From Omnitrophica WOR_2 bacterium RIFCSPHIGHO2_02_FULL_45_21 (GTDB taxonomy: Bacteria; Omnitrophota; Gorgyraeia; Gygaellales; UBA12090): a stretch of DNA of 55,761 nt. The position numbers were made by a program, and so were the translations under genes. The notes beneath the pieces are model-generated. The model was not told the origin of the DNA, did no database searches, and worked only from the letters and a program-made list of their open reading frames with translations. Below are positions 25,343-33,086 of this stretch, piece after piece (position 1 is the stretch's first letter; the number at the start of each line of letters is the position of its first letter). The stretch is taken from NCBI GenBank assembly GCA_001805575.1, contig MHGN01000054.1, positions 1-55,761 on the forward strand, written 5' to 3'.

Positions 25343-25370
25343 AGTATACCACAAAAATAGAAAATTTCAA
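25343..25370 (-). promoter_or_regulatory. sigma70-type promoter TTGAAA-16-TGgTATACT driving the leader and pilA
   Basis: The -35 hexamer is at 25365-25370, the extended -10 at 25343-25351, and the predicted TSS near 25336. Confidence 0.5.
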
Positions 25371-25372
25371 GC

Positions 25373-25411
25373 CGCTGATAGAAAGCGCTGATAGAAAGCG
25401 CTGATAGAAAA
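25373..25411. repeat. three tandem 13-bp repeats (cgctgatagaaag) abutting the -35 element
   Basis: The copies at 25373-25385 and 25386-25398 are identical. The copy at 25399-25411 has one mismatch. Confidence 0.95.
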
Positions 25412-25416
25412 GAGAG

Positions 25417-26229
25417 CTAATCAGGAATGTGTTTATCAGCGAAATAATCAGCCACCTTCGCAAAATCAGACAATGCTAATTCTTCGGCTCTTATTTTCTG
25501 TTTTAAAGCGATTGCTTTAAGACAATCGGCGATTTTAACTTGAGGGAATAATCTGGCTAAGCTATTTTTTAAGAGCTTGCGGCGCTGATTAAATGCTAAA
25601 CGGATAAGCTTAAAGAAGAACGTTTCGTTCTTTACCTTGACTTTTGGTTTAGGCAGCATTTTTAACTCTACAAAACAAGAATCAACCTTCGGCCTTGGCC
25701 AAAAAGAACTACCTTTAATTGAAAAAAGTATTTTCGGATGAGTGTAAAACTGCGCAAAACAACTAAGGGCTCCGTAACTTTTATTTCCCGGGCCAGCCGT
25801 CAAACGCAGCGCCAATTCCTTTTGCAAAGTAAGATAGATAACCTCTATAGATTGATTATAATCTAAGAGGTAAGCGATAATCGGCGTAGAGATATAGTAA
25901 GGAATATTCGCTATTACCCTAATCCTCCCCGAACCTTGGCAACCTATGAGGTTAACAAGGTTAGTTTTAAGGATGTCTTTGTTGACTAACTCAAAATTAC
26001 TAGATAGCGAAAATTTAGAGGTTAATAATTCACAAAGCTCTTTATCAACCTCAACAGCAATCACCCTTTTAGCTACTTTAAGTAAATGCTGGGTTAGCTC
26101 TCCCCTGCCTGAGCCGATTTCTAAAATTATATCGGTTTTTTTGAGCTTACAGGCCTGGACTATTTTCTCCTGGATGTTCTTATCGGTAAGGAAATTCTGC
26201 CCTAAGCTCTTTTTAGGTTTTTGGTGCAT
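25417..26229 (-). CDS. rsmA: 16S rRNA (adenine1518/1519-N6)-dimethyltransferase
   Basis: LGQNFL, the SAM site EIGSGRGELT, and NIPYYISTPI. Confidence 0.9.
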   Translation of the reverse strand: MHQKPKKSLGQNFLTDKNIQEKIVQACKLKKTDIILEIGSGRGELTQHLLKVAKRVIAVEVDKELCELLTSKFSLSSNFELVNKDILKTNLVNLIGCQGSGRIRVIANIPYYISTPIIAYLLDYNQSIEVIYLTLQKELALRLTAGPGNKSYGALSCFAQFYTHPKILFSIKGSSFWPRPKVDSCFVELKMLPKPKVKVKNETFFFKLIRLAFNQRRKLLKNSLARLFPQVKIADCLKAIALKQKIRAEELALSDFAKVADYFADKHIPD

Positions 26230-27161
26230 AAGACGGCGGCCTGGATAGCCCGTATCATAGAGGCGGGGTCAGCCTGATTTTTTCCGGCAATATCAAAGGC
26301 GGTCCCGTGCCCGGGGGAGGTGCGCACAAAAGGCAGGCCCAGGGTAATATTCACTACTTCCTGAAATCCGCTTAATTTAAGAGGAATAAGCCCCTGGTCA
26401 TGATACATACAGACTATACAATCATAATTTCCGGCTTTTGCTTTCTGAAAGATAGTATCTGCAGGATATGGCCCTTTAACCTTAATCCCTAATCTCTCTG
26501 CCATTGCCATTGCCGGAATTATCAATTTTCTTTCTTCGCTGCCCATAACACCGCTATCCGAAGCATGCGGATTCAAGCCGCAGATAGAAAGTTTTGGCTT
26601 CTTAATGCCAAAGAGTGATTTTAGCCCTAAGGCGGTTGTAGAAATAACCTTGGATATTTTTTCTGCGCTTAGCCCTTTGGCAACGTCTTTTAAGGGTATA
26701 TGTCTAGTGACCAAAACCACTCTTAATTTCTTATTAAACAGCATCATCACTGCATCTCTGACCTGGAATGTCCGGGCGATATATTCGGTCTGTCCGCTAA
26801 AATGATACCCTAATAGGCTTACCGCCTTCTTATTTAGCGGAGCAGTAACCAAACAATCTATCTTATGGGATTTAATCAATTCCAGCCCTTTCTGCAGATA
26901 TTCCATCGCCGCCTTACCATATTCTGGCCTAACTTTTCCAAATCTAAATCCTTTTTGAGGCACATTCCGTAGGTCAATAACCACAAAATCATGATACTTT
27001 GACACTTTGACACTTTGACACTTCTCAAACACCCGCCTATCCCCAATTACGGTAAAATCTGCTGACTTAGAAAGTCCGGGGGTTCCCAGCGCCTTAAGAA
27101 TAACTTCGGCCCCAATCCCCGAAGGATCCCCCATAGTTATTGCACATCTAACCTTAGTCAT
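26202..27161 (-). CDS. pdxA: 4-hydroxythreonine-4-phosphate dehydrogenase
   Basis: ITMGDPSGIG, GLNPHA, MYHDQGLIPLK and TSPGHGTAFDIAG motifs. Confidence 0.9.
   Translation of the reverse strand: MTKVRCAITMGDPSGIGAEVILKALGTPGLSKSADFTVIGDRRVFEKCQSVKVSKYHDFVVIDLRNVPQKGFRFGKVRPEYGKAAMEYLQKGLELIKSHKIDCLVTAPLNKKAVSLLGYHFSGQTEYIARTFQVRDAVMMLFNKKLRVVLVTRHIPLKDVAKGLSAEKISKVISTTALGLKSLFGIKKPKLSICGLNPHASDSGVMGSEERKLIIPAMAMAERLGIKVKGPYPADTIFQKAKAGNYDCIVCMYHDQGLIPLKLSGFQEVVNITLGLPFVRTSPGHGTAFDIAGKNQADPASMIRAIQAAVLCTKNLKRA
26996..27023 (-). repeat. tandem octamer array (GTCAAAGT) x about 3.5 inside the pdxA CDS
   Basis: The plus strand reads actttgac three times and then actt. It is translated as KCQSVKVSKY. 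Confidence 0.95.
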
Positions 27162-27174
27162 AGAGCCGATGCCA

Positions 27175-28137
27175 TTACTTAACCACGATATACGCCTTTG
27201 ACTTCAACTCTTCAATCCATTCGCTTAATTTTACGGTTAATTTCTCTTCAAAAATATAATTGTAAATGCGTTCGGAAACGCCAGCTAAATCCTTAAGTTC
27301 TTGCGGATGTATTTCTAATAACTTAAAGACGCATATACCTTTGTCCAATCTTACGGCGGCGGATACTTCATCAAGCTTAAGCGAAAAAATCGCTTCCCGG
27401 ATTTCAGGTTTTAATTGGCTCTTGGACAGCGCATCTTTAGCGTAAGCAAGCTTGTAGCGCTCTGCCAGCTGTTTAAAATCGGCGCCTGTTTTTAAATCCT
27501 CGGCCAGTTTTTCTCTAATATTTTCATCTTCGAAGTAGAGCGACTCTATGCTGCGCATTTCCGGCTGCAAGAAATCATCTTTATGTTTTTCATAATATAC
27601 AGTTACCTCATCGGGGCTGATGACAATTTTAGACCTTACCTCCTGTTCAATCAGCCCCCGGAGCATCATTTGTTCACCCATTCTCTTTTCTAAATCACTT
27701 AGAGTTAACCCTCTCAATTTTAAGGACGCTTGAAATTCTTCATCTGAGCCGTAGCTTCTCCTGGCCTCTTCCAGCCGCTTTTTCACCATATCCGCCCTGG
27801 CCTGAAGTTTTTTACGTTTTGCCTCCTGTAAGATAATCCGTTCCTCAATCATCTTACCCATCAGCTCTTGTTTCTCATGCTCAATCTTTTCCTCTAATTC
27901 CTTTCCCTGATAGCGCTGGCTTAACTGCATAATAATCAGATTGAGAAAGGCATCGGCTTCGGACTGAGTAATGCTCTCCTTATTCACAATAGCCACAATC
28001 CTGTCTGCCGGCGCAGCCGTTTCTCCAGAGCTGTAAGCACAAGGCAAAAAGAAGATTAAGGTCAAGAAAATCGCCTTTGGCGATAACTTTAAGAAAATAG
28101 GTAAACTAATCAGCCTAATTATTTTAGCCATAATCAC
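27175..28137 (-). CDS. SurA-like periplasmic chaperone / parvulin-type PPIase
   Basis: A signal peptide, a SurA_N-like helical region (RIVAIVNKESITQSE), a degenerate parvulin C-terminus, and surA-pdxA-rsmA synteny as in E. coli. Confidence 0.6.
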   Translation of the reverse strand: MIMAKIIRLISLPIFLKLSPKAIFLTLIFFLPCAYSSGETAAPADRIVAIVNKESITQSEADAFLNLIIMQLSQRYQGKELEEKIEHEKQELMGKMIEERIILQEAKRKKLQARADMVKKRLEEARRSYGSDEEFQASLKLRGLTLSDLEKRMGEQMMLRGLIEQEVRSKIVISPDEVTVYYEKHKDDFLQPEMRSIESLYFEDENIREKLAEDLKTGADFKQLAERYKLAYAKDALSKSQLKPEIREAIFSLKLDEVSAAVRLDKGICVFKLLEIHPQELKDLAGVSERIYNYIFEEKLTVKLSEWIEELKSKAYIVVK

Positions 28138-30080
28138 TTAACTTGCAATTGTTCTCCTGGAGATTTTAGCGAACTTACCATTTCCTTTAAAAGGCGGCAG
28201 TAGAGATCAAAGCCGACTGAATAGATAAAACCGTGCTGCTCATAGCCCAATACGTTGCCTACCCCGCGGATTTCCAAATCCTCCATTGCCAGCTCAAAAC
28301 CCGCGCCTAACTGGGAATAATCCTTCATTGCCTCAAGCCGCCTGCGGGCATCCGCAGTCAAAATTTCATCCTTGGGTATTAAAAAATAGCTGTAGGCCTT
28401 ACGGTTGAACCTACCCACCCTTCCCCGCAGCTGATGCAGGTCAGGTAAACCAAAGGCCTGGGCATTGTTGACTAACAGGGTATTCGCGTATGGCATATCA
28501 ATGCCGGATTCAATTATCGTTGTGCAAACTAAACAATCAACTTTTCTCTGCAGAAAGCCAAGCATAATCTTTTCCAATTCCTTTTCCGGCATCTGTCCGT
28601 GGGCATAGGCAATGCGCACATCCGCTGAGAGCAGATTCTTCAGTCGCTGGCAGATCTTTTCAATATCATAAACCTGATTATGCACGAAAAATACCTGGCC
28701 GCGGCGCGCGATTTCTCTACGTATAGCCTGGACAATAAGTGCATTGTCATATTCTACCACATAGGTGGCAATAGGCATACGATTTTGTGGAGGGGTATTA
28801 ATCATGGAAAGATCCTTTATTCCCATAAGCCCCAGGTATAAGGTTCTTGGTATCGGCGTTGCAGTGAGAGTCAGGATGTCAACGTTGCTCTTAAGGGATT
28901 TGATTCTTTCCTTGGCCCTGACTCCGAAACGTTGTTCTTCATCAATAATTAACAGGCCTAAATCATTAAAAACAATATCCGCGGAAAGCAAGCGGTGCGT
29001 CCCGATAACAATATCCACCTTACCTTCCCTCAAGCCGCTGATTATCTTCTCCTGCTCGGCATCGCTTTTAAAACGCGAGAGCATCTGGATATTTACAGGG
29101 AAATCTTTTAAACGTTGGATAAAGTTCTGGTAATGCTGCTCGGCCAAAATTGTAGTAGGGACCAAAAAAGCCGCCTGCTTATTATCCATCACTGCCTTAA
29201 AAGCAGCCCGCAAGGCAACCTCGGTCTTCCCATAGCCGACATCGCCGCATAAGAGCCTGTCCATGGGATGCTGCGATTGCATATCCTTTTTAACCTCAGC
29301 GAGTGCCTTTGCCTGGCCGGGGGTTTCTTGATAAGGAAATGTTTTTTCAAATTCAGCCTGCCAGTCAGTATCCCGGCTAAAGGCAAAGCCGCCGGCAAGG
29401 GATCTCTCTGCCTGCGCCTTTAATAACTCTAAGGCTACTGTCTTAATTCCTTTCTTGACCCGCTTCTTAACCGTAAGCCACTCTTTGCTGCCTAAACGAT
29501 TAACCTTGGGGCGCCGGCCGCTTATGCCGATATATTTTTGGATAAGATGAGCGCTTTCTAGAGGAACAAATAGTTTTTCTTTATCCGCGTATTCAATAGA
29601 TAAGTGATCGCTTGTCCCTCCGGCAGCCGGCAATTTATGCATCCCCGCGTAGATACCTAGACCATGCTGATTATGCACTACGAGGTCGCCTTTTTTTAAC
29701 TCCAGAAAAAGATTAAGCGGCAGCTCCTCGGTAAAGTCAACCCTCCGATTATCAGCGCTCTCAAAGAGCGGGGCTTGTTGCAGGGCTGCTCTGCGGTAGC
29801 CGTGCTGCCGGGGTAAGATAATTACCAGCTCATGGCTATAGATAACCTTATTATGTAAGAGGTCGTAGCTTGAGATAGATTCAATTTTATCAAAGTCAAG
29901 TGAAATGCGCAGCGGACACTCAAAGGTAGCCGGATAAACGTCAATGATTTCTCCGCGGCGCGAAAAATCGCCTTCATCAGCGCAATAGTCGTGGCGCTGG
30001 TAACCAAAGCTTAGCAGCGTGGAAATCAATTGCTCGAGGTCTATTTCCTGGCCCGGATAGAGCTTAATTGACTTAAACAT
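28134..30080 (-). CDS. mfd: transcription-repair coupling factor, short form
   Basis: The CarD/RID motif LKKGDLVVHNQHGLGIY, helicase motifs GDVGYGKTEVA and DEEQRFG, and the TRG region RGRVGR...IRGVGNVLGYEQHG. At 648 aa it is far shorter than the roughly 1150 aa typical of the family. Confidence 0.85.
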   Translation of the reverse strand: MFKSIKLYPGQEIDLEQLISTLLSFGYQRHDYCADEGDFSRRGEIIDVYPATFECPLRISLDFDKIESISSYDLLHNKVIYSHELVIILPRQHGYRRAALQQAPLFESADNRRVDFTEELPLNLFLELKKGDLVVHNQHGLGIYAGMHKLPAAGGTSDHLSIEYADKEKLFVPLESAHLIQKYIGISGRRPKVNRLGSKEWLTVKKRVKKGIKTVALELLKAQAERSLAGGFAFSRDTDWQAEFEKTFPYQETPGQAKALAEVKKDMQSQHPMDRLLCGDVGYGKTEVALRAAFKAVMDNKQAAFLVPTTILAEQHYQNFIQRLKDFPVNIQMLSRFKSDAEQEKIISGLREGKVDIVIGTHRLLSADIVFNDLGLLIIDEEQRFGVRAKERIKSLKSNVDILTLTATPIPRTLYLGLMGIKDLSMINTPPQNRMPIATYVVEYDNALIVQAIRREIARRGQVFFVHNQVYDIEKICQRLKNLLSADVRIAYAHGQMPEKELEKIMLGFLQRKVDCLVCTTIIESGIDMPYANTLLVNNAQAFGLPDLHQLRGRVGRFNRKAYSYFLIPKDEILTADARRRLEAMKDYSQLGAGFELAMEDLEIRGVGNVLGYEQHGFIYSVGFDLYCRLLKEMVSSLKSPGEQLQVK

Positions 30081-30143
30081 CTTACTTTCCCGCAGGGCTG
30101 ATTATTCTTGAGGGCATAAAAATGATATCGGGTTAGCTAAATT

Positions 30144-30223
30144 AGATCCTTCGGCGCTTCCAGATATTGTAGAAACGAGCGCCGAAGGATCAAGGAAAAT
30201 CAGCCCTTGGGGCTGATTTTCCT
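30144..30223 (-). terminator. two adjacent perfect 14-bp-stem hairpins at the secDF-mfd junction
   Basis: 30191-30204 pairs with 30210-30223 and spans the secDF stop codon. 30144-30157 pairs with 30177-30190. Confidence 0.6.
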
Positions 30224-32395
30224 TGACCAGGCTAAGACTAAAGGCGAGGCAATATAAACCGTAGAATATATCCCGGAGATAAAACCAACTAACAAGCAAA
30301 AGGCAAAATTATGCAGCACCTCCCCCCCCCAGAAAAATAGGGCAATAACCATAAGCAAGGTGACCCCGCTGGTCAATATGGTCCGGGATAAGGTTTGATT
30401 GACGCTCAGGTTTATGATTTCCGCTAAGGACATTTTACGCATAGAGCGCATATTCTCGCGCACGCGGTCATAAATAACAATGGTATCATTGATAGAATAA
30501 CCGGCAATGGTCAGGATGGCGGTAACAATGAGCAGGTCTATCTGTTTTCCGCTTAAAGCCAGAAACCCCAGGGTAACCAGAATATCGTGGAATAACGCCA
30601 GCACCCCGGCAGCGGCAAAATTAAAATGTTTAAAGCGAAATGCCACATAGACTAATATGCCGCTAAGTGAGAGGGCGAGCGCCGAGAGCGCCTTCTGGCG
30701 TAATTCCTTTCCTACTACCGGGCCAACGTTTTCAATACGCAAGAGGTCATATGGATTATCTTTGAAATGAGCTTTGAACTTCTCTGAGGCCAACTCCGCA
30801 GTATCCTGGCTGCTGCGCAGCATAACAATCCTGGGGTCTTCCTTGAACTGCTGGATGGCCGCCTCGTTAATCCCCGACTCTTTCAGCAGGAGGCGTATTT
30901 GCTCTACCGGCACCGGCCGCTGGAAGCGGTATTCCTGAATCTGGCCGCCGGAGAAGTCAATGCCGTAGGCATTCTTACCCTGTTTCAAAAAGATAAACAT
31001 ACCCGCTCCGATCACCAGTACGGAAAGGGCATAAAAAAACCTGCGCTTAGCGATAAAATCAAATTTAGTGGCGCCGATTAACTGAAGCATGCTCAAGTTC
31101 TTAAAATTACGATTTAAAAACAGCAGTTCAAAAATAGTCCGGGTAACAAATATGGCGGTAAACATGCTCGCCAGCAAACCCACGCTTAAAGTGAGGGCAA
31201 ATCCGCGGATCGGCCCGCTTCCAAATTGAAACAAAAAGAAGGCGGCAATCAGGGTAGTAACGTTAGAATCCAATATCGCGCTAAAGGCCTTGGTATAACC
31301 GCTGCTTATGGCGATAGAAAGAGGCCGGCCTAATTTTAATTCTTCGCGGATACGCTCGTTAATCAACACGTTGGCATCCACTGCCATTCCTAAGGTAAGC
31401 ACAATACCGGCAATGCCCGGCAGGGTAAGGGTAGCATTAAAATAAGCCATAAACCCCAGGATAAGGACAAAATTCAGGATCAAGGCTATGCTGGCAACAA
31501 CGCCTGATAGCAAATAGTAAATACACATAAATCCAAAAACCAGCGCGCTCCCGATCAGGCAGGCCTTAATTCCGCTGCGCACTGAATCCGCGCCTAAGAG
31601 GGGGCCGATGGTGCGCTCTTCTTCTATCACCATTGGAGCCGGCAAAGCTCCTGAGCGCAAGACAATGCTTATGTCGCTTGCCTCCTGAGAGCTAAAACCG
31701 CCCCGGCGGGTAATCTCTGCCTCTCCGGAATCTATTCCTTGATTAATCACCGGCGCTAACTTAATCATACCGTCAAGGACTATGGCCAGCCTTTCATTGA
31801 TCTGGCTTGCGGTAATCTCCGCGAAGGTTTTTCTGCCTTTTTCATTAAACTCTAACTTAACTGAAGGCAGGCCATATTGGTCAACTCCCACCTGGGCATC
31901 CTTGATCGCCTCGCCGGTCAGGGAAGCGCTTTTACTCAAAAGCAATGGCTTTCCTTCCTCATCATTGACATATTCATAACCCTCTGGCGGGTTTCCCGCC
32001 TGCCCCGCCTCAGAAAGAGCCTTGGCCTGGGAATTAACTAATTTAAACTCAAGCAAAGCGGTCTTGCCAATCAATTCTTTTGCCCGCTTTCGGTCAGTAA
32101 CCCCGGGAAGCTGGACCAAAATATGCTCTCCTCCTTGTCGCTGGATGAGCGGTTCGGCCACCCCAAATTCATTCACCCGGTTGCTGATAATCTCCAGTGC
32201 CCGTTCAACAGCGCCATTTTTAGATTTCTCATCCATCTGGGAAAGATCAACCCGAAGCACCAGATGCATACCGCCTTTTAAATCCAACCCTAAGTTTATC
32301 TTCTTATCTAAGGGATAGGCAAGCCATAGCGAAAGCCCGGCTAATCCCAAAATAAGAAGCGCCTTATACAACAGATTTTTTCTTGTTGCCATCAA
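30200..32395 (-). CDS. secDF: protein translocase subunit SecDF (fused)
   Basis: 731 aa with a SecD periplasmic head and two six-TM modules (LGLDLKGG, GPLLGADSV, GYSINDTIVIYDR). Confidence 0.9.
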   Translation of the reverse strand: MMATRKNLLYKALLILGLAGLSLWLAYPLDKKINLGLDLKGGMHLVLRVDLSQMDEKSKNGAVERALEIISNRVNEFGVAEPLIQRQGGEHILVQLPGVTDRKRAKELIGKTALLEFKLVNSQAKALSEAGQAGNPPEGYEYVNDEEGKPLLLSKSASLTGEAIKDAQVGVDQYGLPSVKLEFNEKGRKTFAEITASQINERLAIVLDGMIKLAPVINQGIDSGEAEITRRGGFSSQEASDISIVLRSGALPAPMVIEEERTIGPLLGADSVRSGIKACLIGSALVFGFMCIYYLLSGVVASIALILNFVLILGFMAYFNATLTLPGIAGIVLTLGMAVDANVLINERIREELKLGRPLSIAISSGYTKAFSAILDSNVTTLIAAFFLFQFGSGPIRGFALTLSVGLLASMFTAIFVTRTIFELLFLNRNFKNLSMLQLIGATKFDFIAKRRFFYALSVLVIGAGMFIFLKQGKNAYGIDFSGGQIQEYRFQRPVPVEQIRLLLKESGINEAAIQQFKEDPRIVMLRSSQDTAELASEKFKAHFKDNPYDLLRIENVGPVVGKELRQKALSALALSLSGILVYVAFRFKHFNFAAAGVLALFHDILVTLGFLALSGKQIDLLIVTAILTIAGYSINDTIVIYDRVRENMRSMRKMSLAEIINLSVNQTLSRTILTSGVTLLMVIALFFWGGEVLHNFAFCLLVGFISGIYSTVYIASPLVLAWSRKISPKG

Positions 32396-32465
32396 AAATT
32401 TCCTCCACTATTATGATGCAACCCCACGGACTAAAGCCCGCGGTACCCTGCGCAGGGGGATGACT

Positions 32466-32744
32466 TCAGGCTATCTTTTCAATTCGTGAAATAGCGCTGC
32501 GGTCAATTTCAACCTTGACATTATCGTCAATACGCACAGTTATGGTTTTATCCTTGAGATTAAGCACAACCCCATGCATTCCGCCCGTAGTAACCACCGC
32601 ATCGTTTTTCTTGATATCTTTAAGCATTGCCAGGCGCTCTTTTTCCTGCTTCTGCTGGGGGCGGATTAACAAAAAATAAAAAATTATGAAAATTAAAAAT
32701 ATCGGCATAAGCTGTAACAACGGCGGAACTGTCTGTGGCTGCAT
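32466..32744 (-). CDS. yajC: preprotein translocase subunit YajC
   Basis: 92 aa with a single TM helix, RPQQK and VVTTGGMHG motifs, immediately upstream of secDF. Confidence 0.85.
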   Translation of the reverse strand: MQPQTVPPLLQLMPIFLIFIIFYFLLIRPQQKQEKERLAMLKDIKKNDAVVTTGGMHGVVLNLKDKTITVRIDDNVKVEIDRSAISRIEKIA

Positions 32745-32822
32745 TTTTATCTCCTTCTTTAAATAGCGAAGCTAACCGGGCCCGCGCCTTGTTTAGGAGG
32801 CGCGGCCTTGAGAAAGCGCCGG

Positions 32823-33074
32823 CTACTTACCCTTATTTATTTTTTTAATCATACTCTTTATCGTCGGCGAGATTACCGCGCCCTTTTGCCTCCAGTACTC
32901 ATAACGGCCGAGGTCAATTTTAAAATTGTCCTCTTTTTTGGCCGGCTCGTAGCTGCCGATATCCTCAATAACCCTGCCATCGCGGTTCTTTTGCTCATTG
33001 ATTACCCCGATTCTAAAATAAAATCTCTTTTTTGCAAGTTTACCTATCTTGCGCATCCTGACTGCAACTGCCAT
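32823..33074 (-). CDS. rpsP: 30S ribosomal protein S16
   Basis: MAVAVRMRKIGKLAKKRFYFRIGV...GSYEP. Confidence 0.95.
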   Translation of the reverse strand: MAVAVRMRKIGKLAKKRFYFRIGVINEQKNRDGRVIEDIGSYEPAKKEDNFKIDLGRYEYWRQKGAVISPTIKSMIKKINKGK

Positions 33075-33086
33075 TTTATAACCTCC

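Noticed and set aside
25373-25411. Possible mini-CRISPR array
   Set aside because: The 13-bp units are directly abutting with no spacers, and there are no cas genes. It is a simple tandem repeat.
30102-30299. 65-aa minus-strand ORF between secDF and mfd
   Set aside because: It overlaps the secDF 3' end in another frame and is composed of the two 14-bp hairpins. The RNA or DNA structure explains it better than coding does.
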